DNA of 64,000 nt from an uncultured Acidimicrobiia bacterium (GCA_963840175.1 CAWIXU010000004.1:9288-73287); one strand, 5' to 3'; counted from the first letter of the stretch, positions 45,427 through 56,077 are shown. The notes: generated by a model not told the origin, from the letters alone. Numbers and translations: made by a program.

Positions 45427-45505
45427 GAGACGTCAGACATCAGACGTCAGACATCAGACTGGGATTCCATCTGAAGTCTGAAATCTGATGTCTGATGTCT
45501 TCTCA
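45427..45505. repeat. Long imperfect inverted repeat (about 24-bp stem) built from GAC(G/A)TCA heptads, between the response regulator and secA; possible terminator/attenuator or regulator-binding array
   Basis: Left arm GAGACGTCAGACATCAGACGTCAGACATCAGAC, loop TGGGATTCCATCTGAA, right arm GTCTGAAATCTGATGTCTGATGTCTTCTC. Same repeat family as 17743..17772 and 18623..18656. Confidence 0.65.
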
Positions 45506-45528
45506 CCCCCGATACCATTCCGGCCTGA

Positions 45529-48124
45529 ATGTCCATCTTTTCCAAGCTGCTCAAGGCCGGTGAAGGCAAGACCCTGCGCGAATTCGAGCGTCTCGTCGTC
45601 GAGGTCAATGCCCTCGAACCGACCATCTCAGCGCTGGATGACGCTCAACTAGCCAACCAGACCGTCGAGTTCCGGCGCCGGCTCGACGCCGGGGAGCCGC
45701 TCGATGACCTGGCCGTCGAGGCCTTCGCCACGGTCCGGGAGGCAGCGCAACGAGTCATCGGGGAGCGTCACTTCGACGTCCAGGTGATCGGCGCTTTGGC
45801 ACTCCATCGGGGGATGGTGGCCGAGATGAAGACCGGCGAGGGCAAAACCCTGGTTTCGTCGATGCCCGCCTATCTCAACGCCCTTCCTGGCACCGGCGTG
45901 CACATCGTCACCGTCAACGACTACCTCGCCTCCCGCGACGCCGACTGGATGGGCGCCATCCATCGTTTCCTCGGGCTCAACGTCGGGCTCATCCAAACCG
46001 GTATGGAACCCGGAAAGCGGCAATCCGGCCTACGCCGCCGACATCACCTACGGAACCAACAACGAGTTCGGGTTCGACTATCTGCGTGACAACATGGCGA
46101 TGCGGGCGAGCGACCGTGTCCAGCGCGGCCACGTTTATGCGATCGTCGATGAGGTCGACTCGATCCTGATCGACGAAGCCCGCACCCCGTTGATCATTAG
46201 CGGCCGGCTGTCGGATGCGGCCAAGTGGTATCGAGACTTCGCTCGAATTGCGAACCGGTTACGACGCGATGAGCACTACGAAGTCGATGAAGCCAAGCGA
46301 CAGGTATTGACCACCGAGGAAGGCGTCGGATTCGTCGAAGAGATACTCGGAGTCGAAAACCTCTATGACCACGCCGCGGTCGACTTCGTCCACCATCTCG
46401 AGTCATCGCTGCGAGCCAAGGAGCTCTACCAGCGGGACGTGGAATATCTCGTTGACCAGGGCGAAGTCAAGATCGTTGACGAATTCACCGGGCGCGTACT
46501 CGAAGGTCGTCGTTATTCAGAAGGGCTTCACCAGGCCATCGAGGCGAAGGAAGGGGTGAAGATCAAAGAAGAGAATCAGACCCTCGCCACGATCACTCTC
46601 CAGAACTACTTCCGGCTCTACCAGAAGCTTGCCGGGATGACCGGCACCGCCGAAACCGAAGCGGCCGAGCTGGCGCAGATTTATGGACTCGAAGTGCTGG
46701 TCATCCCGCCGAACCGGACCGTGGCGCGAGCCGACCAACCCGACCTGGTCTTTAAGTCAGAGGATGCCAAGTTCCAAGCAGTCGTCGATGACATCGTCGC
46801 GCGCCATGAGGCGCAACAGCCCATCCTGCTGGGCACCGTCTCGATCGAGAAGTCCGAGCGTCTCTCGAAGATGTTGCAAAAGCGGGGCATCGAGCATGAA
46901 GTGCTCAACGCCAAGAATCATGCCCGGGAGGCTGAAATCATCGCGCAGGCGGGGCGTCCCGGCGCGGTGACCGTGGCCACCAACATGGCCGGGCGGGGAG
47001 TCGACATCAGGCTGGGTGGGAATCCCGAAGGTCTGGCGCGCGTCGAGCTCAAGCGCCAGCAGGTGCCGGAAGAGGAGTTCGAGAAAAAGCTCGCCGAAAC
47101 CACTGCCCGCTACGCCGCCGAGATCGCTCCGATCAAGGAAAAGGTGATCGAAAGCGGTGGGCTTTACGTCGTGGGCACCGAGCGTCACGAATCCCGCCGG
47201 ATCGACAATCAGCTGCGTGGTCGTTCGGGCCGCCAGGGTGATCCGGGCGAGTCCCGGTTCTATTTGTCGCTGGGAGACGACCTGATGCGTCGTTTCTCTG
47301 GGGATCGAGTTTCGTCGTTGATGGATCGGATGAAGATTCCCGACGACGTACCCATCGAGGCCGGCATGGTGACCAAGGCCATCGAACGAGCGCAGAAAAC
47401 GGTGGAAGCACAGAACTTTGAGCTTCGCAAGAACGTCCTCAAATTCGATGAGGTGATGAACAAGCAAAGAGAAGTCATCTACGACTGGCGCGTGGATTTG
47501 CTCGAGGCGTCGGGTGAGGATCTGGTCACAGAATGGATCGAGGTCGTAGTCGCCGATACCGTCGAGGCGGTTTTTCCACCCGAGCTCGCACCGTCGGAAT
47601 GGGATTGGGAATTGCTCAACAAAGAGCTAGTTCAGATTTATCCGTCAACGCTCAAAGAGCCGGGACCGGAAGGATCCTCGCTGGAGGATGTCATCGACGC
47701 GGCCGTCGAAGAGGCCAACGCGGCCTATGCAGCGAAGAGCAAGGAATTGGGGCTCGAGAACATGCGCCAGGTCGAGCGCCAGGTGATTCTGTCGGTGATC
47801 GACAACAAGTGGCGCGAGCACCTATCCGAAATGGACTACCTGCGCGCTGGAATCGGCCTGCGCGCCATGGGCCAACGCGATCCGCTGGTCGAATATCAGC
47901 GCGAGGGCTACTCGATGTTCAGCGAACTGGTCGAATCGGTGAAGCGTGACACCGTTCGCTATTTGTTCCACGTCCAATTGGCGGAGCCCGCCGCCCCGGC
48001 TGCCCCCAAAGTCGTCAACGATGATCAGTCAAAGTCAATTCGAAGCAGCGGCGCCGTGGGCCGCAACGATCCCTGCCCATGTGGCAGTGGCAAGAAATAC
48101 AAACGCTGCCACGGTGCGGCGTAA
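45529..48124 (+). CDS. secA: Preprotein translocase subunit SecA, one frameshift near 46010-46090
   Basis: N-terminal ORF 45529..46089 ([18 protein letters not shown]...[10 protein letters not shown]...[19 protein letters not shown]). ORF 46094..48124 covers the rest through the C-terminal zinc motif [14 protein letters not shown]. Confidence 0.9.
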
Positions 48125-48145
48125 CCAGGTGCTAGAAGTTCGCTC

Positions 48146-49284
48146 ATGACCGTAGAGACGACGGAACCGCACGCTTTGATCGCCGACATCCGCAACCGCC
48201 TGGCTGAGGCCCGGAGGTTTCTTTGACCTTGACCGCAAAGCCACCGAGCTCGCCGAGTTAAAGGAGCAGGCGGCCGATCCCGGCCTGTGGAACGACCCCG
48301 ACCAAGGGCGCCAGGTCACCCAGCGCCTGGCGGCGTTGGAGCGGACCATCGACAGCGTCGCCAAGCTCGAGCGAACTCTGGATGATTCGGAGGTCCTGCT
48401 CGAGCTCTCCGAAGAGGCCGCCGATCCCTCTGTGCGGGCGGAGGTCGTGTCCGAGCTGGCTGCTCTCTATCGCAGCCTGGCCGGTCTCGAACGCGAGTCG
48501 CTCTACTTCGACGAGTACGACGATCACAACGCCATCCTCTCGGTGCACGCCGGCGCCGGCGGCGTCGATGCGCAGGATTGGGCGGAGATCCTCGTCCGCA
48601 TGTACCAGCGCTTTCTCGAGGAGAACCGGTTCTCGGTAATCGTCGAGGAGATCAGCGAAGGGGAGGAGGCGGGCGTGAAGTCGGTGACCATGACGGTGCG
48701 GGGGGAACACGCCTATGGAACGCTCGAGTCCGAAAGGGGAACCCACCGCTTGGTGCGGATCAGTCCCTTCGACTCGAACTCCCGGCGGCACACCTCCTTT
48801 GCGGGTGTCGATGTGGTGCCCGAACTCGCCGACGAGGAGGGGATGGAGATCGATCCCGATGATCTCCGCATCGACACCTATCGGTCACAGGGAGCAGGCG
48901 GTCAGCATGTGAACAAGACCGACTCGGCCGTGCGGATCACCCACCTTCCCACGGGGATCGTGGTTCAGTGCCAGAACGAGCGGAGTCAACTGCAAAACCG
49001 GACCCGGGCCATGGCGATTCTGAAGGCGCGGCTCCACGAACTCGCTCGTCAGCAACGGATCACCGCAAATCGATGAGATCCGCGGTGAGCAAGGCGCAGC
49101 CGCCTGGGGCCAGCAGATTCGCAGCTATGTCATGCAGCCCTATCAAATGGTCAAAGACCTCCGCACCGATGTCGAGGTCGGCAACATCTCAGGCGTGCTC
49201 GACGGCGATCTCGACGAGTTCATCGACGGCTACCTCCGCTGGCGCCGCCTCCAGCACGAGGAATTGCGAACCCAGGGTTCGTAG
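48146..49284 (+). CDS. prfB: Peptide chain release factor 2 with programmed +1 frameshift at codon 26, plus an additional non-programmed frameshift near 49070
   Basis: ATG 48146 ([26 protein letters not shown], then UGA). +1 frame continues [12 protein letters not shown]...(ORF 48336..49076)...SPF..HTSFAGV...[32 protein letters not shown]-terminal tail [22 protein letters not shown]...LDEFIDGYL is in a third frame to about 49284. Confidence 0.85.
48213..48227 (+). promoter_or_regulatory. RF2 programmed +1 ribosomal frameshift site: internal SD-like GGAGG, 3-nt spacer, CUU UGA C
   Basis: Sequence GGAGGTTTCTTTGAC. CTT is in the zero frame from ATG 48146, followed by in-frame TGA and C. This is the canonical arrangement. 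Confidence 0.85.
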
Positions 49285-49393
49285 GTGCGTTGGACGTCTC
49301 TAACGGCCCACAGAACGGACGGAAGTTCGGTTTCGCACTCTGAGCCGGTTACCCTGAACCGGCCATCCGGGCATTCACGATGGGTCAGGACCA

Positions 49394-50111
49394 ATGATTC
49401 GGCTGCGTGACGTCACCAAGGTTTATGAGGGCGGAGTTGTGGCCGTCCGTGACATCAATCTCGACATCCAAAAAGGGCGCTTTCGTCTTCCTGGTCGGCC
49501 CCTCGGGGTCGGGCAAGTCGACGCTGATCCGGCTGTTGCTCCGTCAGGACACCGTGACCCGGGGCACGATCTGGGTCGCAGGCAAAGACATCACCCAGCT
49601 GCCCGCCTGGAAGGTGCCATTCCTCCGTCGTTCGGTCGGCACCGTCTTCCAGGACTTCAAGCTCCTGCCCAATAAGACGGTGAGTGAGAACGTCGCTTTC
49701 GCTCTCGAAGTCCTCGGCAAGCCCCGGGCAGTGATCGGTCCACAGGTCCAGCAAGTGCTCGAACTGGTCGGGCTCAAGGACAAGGCCGATCGCTATCCCC
49801 GCCAGCTGTCCGGTGGCGAACAGCAGCGAGTCTCGATTGCTCGTGCTTTCGTCAACCGGCCACCGATCCTCCTCTGCGATGAGCCCACGGGCAACCTCGA
49901 CCCGGCGACGTCGGTGGGGATCATGCGTTTGCTCGATCGGATCAACCGCTCGGGGACGACGGTCGCGATGGCGACTCATGACCACGCCATCGTCGATGCC
50001 ATGCAACGACGAGTGGTGCAGCTGGAGAACGGACGGATCATCCGCGACGAGCAGGCCGGGCGTTATGAAGAGCAGGTCGCCGAAGTCAGCGACGGGAGTG
50101 TCGCCCCGTGA
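49394..50111 (+). CDS. ftsE: Cell division ATP-binding protein FtsE, frameshift near 49480
   Basis: [28 protein letters not shown] (ORF 49394..49675), then [15 protein letters not shown]...[14 protein letters not shown]...[11 protein letters not shown] (ORF 49407..50111). Confidence 0.85.
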
Positions 50112-51050
50112 ATCGTTTCGGCTTCCTGGCGCGCGAGGCTTTCATCAACCTGCGTCGCAACCTTTTGGTGGTGATGGGAGCGGTGCTCGCGGTGTTCATC
50201 TCGCTGGCCCTTGCCTTCGGAGCCCTGGTCATCAACCAGATGCTGCGGATCAACACGCTCGCCTGGCAAGACGGAGTGCACATCATCGCCTTCCTTCATG
50301 ACGAAGGTCTGCCCGGAATCCCCACGGGCGCCCATGACGCACTTGTGGCCGAGGTTGCGAGTTGGGAGGAAGTCGCTCAACGTCAGCTACATCGACAAGG
50401 CCGAGGCTTACGTCGAGTTCCAGCAGATTTTCGCCGACCGTCCCGAGTATTTGGAGAATGTCGATCCGACTGTGTTGCCGGCGTCGGTTCGGATCGAGTT
50501 AACGGATCTCGAGCTCTACCGAGATGTTCAGTTCCGGCTGGCGAGCGAAAGCCAATTGATCTTTCGGGTAGCGACCTTCGGCGAGCAGATCGAACAACTC
50601 TCTTCACTGTCGACCGTACTCAATCTGCTCGGACTGGGTCTCGCCCTTGTGCTCGGCGTCTCGGCAGTGATCCTTATCGCCAACACCATCCGCATGGCCA
50701 TCTACGCCCGACGCGACGAGGTGGCGATCATGAAATTGGTTGGCGCCTCCAACTGGTTTGTCCGCGTCCCCTTCATCCTCGAAGGGATGATCGAAGGACT
50801 GATCGGGGCGGGTCTGGCGGTCGCCGCGGTGTGGGTGGCTTTCCGCAATCTTCGGTCCCTCGGTGACTCGATCGAGATCGTCTCGTTTGCGGTGCCCGAC
50901 CGGTTCTTCCTCACCTGGTCGATTGTGATTCTTCTCTTCGGAGCGGCAGCAGGAGTGCTGGGCAGCGTGCTGGGGCTCAGCCGATACCTGAAAGACGACG
51001 AGGGGAGCCGGCCGGTTGCGGTCGGTGCGCGGGTCTTAGAGCCGCTGTGA
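50108..51050 (+). CDS. ftsX: Cell division permease-like protein FtsX, frameshift near 50400
   Basis: ORF 50108..50866 (N-terminal [15 protein letters not shown]) and ORF 50211..51050 (extracellular domain plus 3 C-terminal TM helices). Directly follows ftsE with a 4-nt overlap. Confidence 0.8.
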
Positions 51051-52243
51051 AGTCCGCACGGCTCGCCGTGCTTTTCGTCGCCCTCGTCCTCTTCTTTGGG
51101 GCGGCTTCACCTGTGGTGGCGCAAGATCCGGCGGCCGAGCTCCGCGAGGTCCAGAACGAGCTCAACCGGGTCGAACAGGCAATCAGAGCCGCTCGCACCG
51201 AAGCCAGTTCAGTCGGCCAGCAGGTTGTCGCCGCCCAAGCCGCCATGGCTGCTGCACTCGACACCTACAACGCCGCCCAGGCCCGGGTCGAGGAACTGAT
51301 TCGCGCCGTTCAACGGACAGCGGCGCAGGTGGTTTCCCTCAAGGGACAGGTGGCGACGCTCGAACGCCTCCTGGCGAAGACTGCGGTCGAGCTCTCGAAC
51401 ACCAAGGAACGACTCGAACAGACCGCGGTCAACCTCTATATGACCGCTAGCGCCGTGCCCGGAGCCGACCTCTTTAGTCGGGCATCCGTCGCCGAGGCCG
51501 CTACTGCTCTGGCTTATTCGTCGGTGCTCTTCGATCAGGACACCGATGTCTTCACTGCGTTCGAGCTACTCCAGCGCGAAGAGGAAAGGCAACGCACACA
51601 GATCGTCGGGATGAAGACTGAAACCGAAGGCGAACTGGCGCGTCTTGGTGAGGAACGAGCGAATCTCGAGATTGAGCGCGACCTTGCCGCCGCCGCCCTG
51701 GCGGAAGCGCAAACCCAAGCCGCCAAGGTGCAGACGCTGCTCGACTCGATCCGCAACCAGATCGCCGCGGCGGAAGAACACAAGGACGGTCTCGAAGCCG
51801 ATGCAGCGGCGCTTGAAGCTGAGATCGACCGACTCGCTACCAAAGAGGGAACTGCGCCCTCGGTCTTGTCGTGGCCGGTCAACGGCGCGGTGAGCTCGCC
51901 GTTCGGCTATCGGGTTCATCCCATTCTCGGAGTGAAAAAGCTTCATACCGGCGTCGACATCAACGGCGCGAGTGGCGCGCCGATCGTCGCGTCCGGTGCA
52001 GGCACCGTGATCCTCGCTCAGACTTATGGGGGTTACGGTCGTGCCGTCGTGATCGACCACGGCGGCGGGTTGACGACTCTTTACGCCCATCAGTCGCAGA
52101 TGGCGGTGTCGGTAGGGGAGGAGGTGAGCCGGGGCGAAGTTATCGGTTACGTCGGTTGCAGTGGAAGCTGCACCGGCCCGCATCTCCATTTCGAGGTTCG
52201 GGTGAGTGGCGTTCCGGTCGATCCGCTTGGCTATCTCCGATGA
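51047..52243 (+). CDS. M23-family peptidase with N-terminal coiled-coil (EnvC-like)
   Basis: Intact ORF. Signal peptide, long coiled-coil region, and M23 motifs GVKKLHTGVDINGASGAPIVASGAGTV...HGGGLTTLYAHQSQ...GCSGSCTGPHLHFEVR. Confidence 0.8.
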   Translation: MKSARLAVLFVALVLFFGAASPVVAQDPAAELREVQNELNRVEQAIRAARTEASSVGQQVVAAQAAMAAALDTYNAAQARVEELIRAVQRTAAQVVSLKGQVATLERLLAKTAVELSNTKERLEQTAVNLYMTASAVPGADLFSRASVAEAATALAYSSVLFDQDTDVFTAFELLQREEERQRTQIVGMKTETEGELARLGEERANLEIERDLAAAALAEAQTQAAKVQTLLDSIRNQIAAAEEHKDGLEADAAALEAEIDRLATKEGTAPSVLSWPVNGAVSSPFGYRVHPILGVKKLHTGVDINGASGAPIVASGAGTVILAQTYGGYGRAVVIDHGGGLTTLYAHQSQMAVSVGEEVSRGEVIGYVGCSGSCTGPHLHFEVRVSGVPVDPLGYLR

Positions 52244-52704
52244 AGAAACCCGAAGGCGTCAAGGTCATCGCCTCGAACCGGCGGGCGCGCCACGACTACG
52301 AGATCCTCGATACTTTCGAAGCCGGCCTCGTCCTCATCGGCTCGGAGGTAAAGAGCTTGCGGGAGGGCCAAGGGCAGCTCAAGGACAGCTTCGCCCATAT
52401 TCGCGACGGCGAGATCTTTTTGGTCGGTTGTTATATCGCTCCCTACGTCTTCTCCCGGGCTGGCGGCCATGAACCGGAGCGAACCCGGAAGCTTTTGATG
52501 CACCGTCGCCAGATCGATCGCCTGGCGTCCGAGCTGGCCGAAAAGGGGCTCACCCTGGTTCCGCTTCAGCTCTACTTCAAAGAGGGCAAGGCCAAGGTTG
52601 AGCTGGGGCTGGCACGGGGAAAGCGCACCATCGACAAGCGAGAGACCGTCAAGAAGAGGGAGCAGGAGCGAGAGATGGAGCGCGCGCTCCGGCGTCGGCC
52701 CTAG
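52240..52704 (+). CDS. smpB: SsrA-binding protein SmpB
   Basis: MKKPEGVKVIASNRRARHDYEILDTFEAGLVLIGSEVKSLREGQGQLKDSFAHIRDGEIFLVGCYIAPY... in ORF 51871..52704, from ATG 52240 (ATGA overlap with the M23 gene). Confidence 0.9.
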   Translation: MKKPEGVKVIASNRRARHDYEILDTFEAGLVLIGSEVKSLREGQGQLKDSFAHIRDGEIFLVGCYIAPYVFSRAGGHEPERTRKLLMHRRQIDRLASELAEKGLTLVPLQLYFKEGKAKVELGLARGKRTIDKRETVKKREQEREMERALRRRP

Positions 52705-52742
52705 GTCTTGGCAGCGAACAGGTGTTCGACTAGGCTGTCGGA

Positions 52743-53650
52743 GTGGCGGAGTTTCGGTGGAGCCAGCTGGCGACCTCGCAGGACGGTCTCTTCGAGCAAG
52801 TCACGCCGGGTCGTCGGTCGTGGCGAGTACAAGGGACTGACCTTCCACGAGATCGAGGCTCGCTCGATCATCAGCAAAGCCCCTCCCTCGACCCCGTGGT
52901 TCGGCTACTCGATCAACGCCTACAGGGGATGCTCCCATGCTTGTGAATTACTGCTTCGCTCGGCCTACCCATGAATACCTCGGGTTCAACATGGGCGAGG
53001 ACTTCGAACAGCAGATCGTCGTCAAGACCAATGCGGTCGAGTTGTGTCGCGCCGAGACCGAGCCTGCGCGCTGGGCTGGCGATTCGATCGCGATGGGAAC
53101 GAACACCGATCCGTATCAAGCCGCCGAGGGCAAGTACAAGCTCACCAAGGGGATCATCGAGGTGCTTGGCCGAGCGTGGCAACGGATTCTCGATCCTCAC
53201 CAAGTCACCGCTGGTCCTTCGGGATCTCGACCTGATCGCAGAGGCTGCCAAGACGAGCGCAGGTCTCGGTCTCGTTTTCGGTGGCGACTCTCGACGAGGA
53301 CGTCTGGCGTCGAACCGAGCCCGGTGCACCGCATCCCCGCAAACGACTCGATGCCCTCGCCAAGCTGCGGGAGGCGGGTGTCAGCGGAGGCGTCATGGTG
53401 GCGCCGGTTCTGCCCGGCATCTCTGACAGTCCAGAGCAGGTGGCCGCCGTGAAGAAAGCGGCGCGGGAGGCTGGCGCCGAATGGGTCAACGAGGTGCAAG
53501 CTCCACCTGCGCGGTGTCCGCCCACACTTCCTGAAATGGCTGGCCCAGGACAGCCCGAATCTGGTTGCCAATTATGAGGCAAGCTATCCAGAGCGGCGGC
53601 CCACGCGAGCCCAAGCGAGCCCGACGCAGCTTCTCTCCCCGACCAACTTC
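52743..53650 (+). CDS. Radical SAM protein of the SplB-like / Rv2578c family, at least 5 frameshifts; 3-prime end uncertain
   Basis: EYKGLTFHEIEARSIISKAPPSTPWFGYSINAYRGCSHAC (ORF 52708..52974), then YCFARPTHEYLGFNMGEDFEQQIVVKTNAVEL (52937..53452), then NGFSILTKSPLVLRDLDLIAEA (52971..53426), then LDEDVWRRTEPGAPHPRKRLDALAKLREAGVSGGVMVAPVLPGISD (53281..53577). Radical SAM motif CxxxCxYC. Confidence 0.6.
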
Positions 53651-53673
53651 GGCTCGGCCGTTCTTCGTAATCG

Positions 53674-54024
53674 TGGAGGCGGCGGGAATCGGACCCGCGT
53701 CCCATGAGTCGTCAGCGCCGGCATCTCCGAGCGCAGCCGTCGGCGAGCTTGTCGGCAAGAAGGACCCCAACGGCGGGCTTCCCACTCGCTTATCCGGAGT
53801 TGATCTTTGCCCTCCGGTCCCGGATCCCGGAGGACGCATCCTGCATTGCGACGCCCGATTCCGGCGAGGCAGGCGCCCACCGGGCGGACGGGCTGCGTTA
53901 TTTAGGCAGCCAGTGCGAAGTTGTCTTCGGCACTTGTGTTTGTTTCCGGCTCTTTAACGAGGTTCCGGAGACCTCGGCTCGCTTCCGACGCATCAACACT
54001 CATGGTCGAAACCATTTCGCCCCC
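53674..54024 (-). ncRNA. ssrA: tmRNA (ssrA), about 351 nt; tag reading frame ...GCC GAA GAC AAC UUC GCA CUG GCU GCC UAA (AEDNFALAA)
   Basis: Minus-strand 5-prime end GGGGGCGAAAUGGUUUCGACC (compare M. tuberculosis GGGGCUGAACGGUUUCGAC). 3-prime tRNA-like end GGACGCGGGUCCGAUUCCCGCCGCCUCCA(+CCA). Acceptor stem GGGGGCG/CGCCUCC with G3-U70. Tag ends ALAA, then UAA UAA. Located just downstream of smpB as in other Actinobacteria. Coordinates +/-2 nt. Confidence 0.8.
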
Positions 54025-54085
54025 ATGGGCTGATCGCAATTCTACGGGTATTCAGAGAATCCGTGTTCGCCTATCTTCTGCGGAA

Positions 54086-55226
54086 ATGACGATCTACGAC
54101 AACGAGGATCTCGAGGCGATTCGCCAGCAAACCCGGCGCTTCGTCGAGGAGAAAGTCATTCCGGAGGCGGACAAATGGGAGGAGGCCGGTCGGGTCCCCC
54201 GTGAGATCCTCGACGAGATGGCCAGGATCGGCTTCTTCGGTCTGCGGGTCCCGGAGGAGTACGGGGGAGTCGGTTTCGGACCCCTCGCCACCGTCGCCTA
54301 TGCCGAGGAGCTCGGGCGTTCGACCTACGGCGGCTTCGCCATCACCGCCCTGGTCCACACCGAGCTCGCCATGCCGTACCTCTTCAACTTCGGCTCGGAA
54401 GAGCAGAAGCAGCGCTGGCTCCCGGCCATGGTCAACGGCGAGATCATCACCGCCATCGCGGTCACCGAGCCCGACGCCGGTTCGGATGTCGCCAACATTC
54501 GCACGAAGGCGGTGCGCGACGGTGACGGCTGGCGGATCAACGGCTCCAAACTCTTCATCACCAACGGGGGAATCGCCGACCTGGTCTTCGTCGCGGTCAA
54601 GACCAATCCCGAAGCGAAAGGGTCGAGGGGCATATCGATTCTCGCCGTCCCAAAGGACGCTGAGGGATTCAGTGTGAGCCGGGCGCTAACGAAGATGGGA
54701 TGGCACTCCTCGGACACAGCTGAGCTCTCGTTCAACGATTGCTGGGTTCCCGCCGACCACCTCGTCGGCGACGAGAACCGCGGCTTCTACTACATCATGA
54801 CCAACTTCCAGAACGAGCGGCTCGCCATCGCCGCGCAGGCAATCGGCGAGGCGAGCGAGAGCGATCGAGCTCACGCTCGAATACACAAAACAGCGCAAAG
54901 CGTTCGGCAAACCGCTTTTCGACAAGCAGGCCATTCGTCAGCGCCTGGCTATGGCCTCCACCGAGGTCGAGGCTGCCCGACTACTGGTCTATCACGCGGC
55001 ATGGTTGATGGAGCAGGGCGAGGATGCCGTCAAGGAAGTGTCGATGGTGAAGGCGCTAGTCGGCGAGCTCGTCAACGACGTGCTCTACGAATGCGTCCAG
55101 TTCCACGGGGGCATGGGATACATCGCTGAGACCGCGGTGGAACGCCTCTATCGCGACGTTCGCATCCACTCGATCGGCGGTGGTGCCACCGAGGTGATGC
55201 TCGACGAGGTCGCCAAGCGCCTCTAG
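54086..55226 (+). CDS. Acyl-CoA dehydrogenase, frameshift near 54860
   Basis: ATG 54086 (MTIYDNEDLEAIRQQTRRFVEEKVIPEADKWEE...). ACAD N/M/C domains in ORF 53921..55129. C-terminus in ORF 54951..55226 (LYECVQFHGGMGYIAETAVERLYRDVRIHSIGGGATEVM). Confidence 0.8.
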
Positions 55227-56077
55227 CGGATCCACTGCGTCGACTCGATGCGAGCGGCCTCGACGGCAGATCCGGACTGCCGCCTCGACATGCGTCGGAG
55301 GACCCTTGGCGCGACCGCCATACCGATGACCGCCCAGCCGGCGAGGACAGCCACCGTCTGCAGGGTGCGCCAGGACCCGCCGATCTCCAAAGCGGCCGCC
55401 GCTTCCGGTAGGAACGCCGAGCGCATACCGAGCCCCAGCCAATACATCGGAAAGACCTGGGCCACCCCCTCCAGCCAATCCCACAGATCTTGGATTGGAT
55501 AGAAGATTCCCGATATGCCGAGGAGCACCAGGATCGGCAGCATTCCCCAGGTTCCGACCTTCTGCACGCCCGGAACCGTCGCCCCGATGATGATCCCGAT
55601 CGGCAGGGTCGCAAGCAGACCGAGCACGACAACCCAGGCGAACGTGAGCCAGCCGTTGAGACCGTTGTACATGAAGTTGTCGAACAAGAAAGAAGCGGGG
55701 ATCAGAATCACGGCGAGCGAGGGGAGCAAGCCAAGTGCGTTTCCGAAGATGTGGGCCGACATGTATCCGACGATTCCGTACGGTGCCGCCTTCGATCTCA
55801 GCACGGTTCCGTCCTCACGCTCCATTGCCAATGAATACGCGGGTCCGACGACCAGGCCGAAGGCGATCATGGCCCCCAGGAGGCTCGGCATGGCCAAGGT
55901 CGGGTAGGACAGAGTGGTTCCTTCCACTTCGGTGTTTCGACGAAGGAATAGGTAGCCCAGAGTTGCCAGGGCCATGAACAGGAAGAAACCCTGGTCCTGG
56001 GGACTCTTGAGGCTCAGGACGAATTCCGTCCAGCCTCGCTTGAGGCCGTTGCGAACCGCATGCAGACGGGGATTCAT
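55223..56077 (-). CDS. ABC-2 type transporter permease
   Basis: Intact ORF, 6 TM segments. Adjacent to and co-oriented with the ATPase gene. Confidence 0.75.
   Translation of the reverse strand: MNPRLHAVRNGLKRGWTEFVLSLKSPQDQGFFLFMALATLGYLFLRRNTEVEGTTLSYPTLAMPSLLGAMIAFGLVVGPAYSLAMEREDGTVLRSKAAPYGIVGYMSAHIFGNALGLLPSLAVILIPASFLFDNFMYNGLNGWLTFAWVVVLGLLATLPIGIIIGATVPGVQKVGTWGMLPILVLLGISGIFYPIQDLWDWLEGVAQVFPMYWLGLGMRSAFLPEAAAALEIGGSWRTLQTVAVLAGWAVIGMAVAPRVLRRMSRRQSGSAVEAARIESTQWIR

Noticed and set aside
53565-53957. 130-aa plus-strand ORF (MPIMRQAIQSGGPREPKRARR...)
   Set aside because: It lies entirely antisense to the tmRNA, with low-complexity R/P/A-rich translation typical of a high-GC non-coding strand and no conserved domain.
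53921-54085. N-terminal extension of the acyl-CoA dehydrogenase ORF back to 53921
   Set aside because: The extension overlaps the tmRNA 5-prime region. The conserved ACAD N-terminus begins at ATG 54086 (MTIYDNEDLEAIRQQ...).
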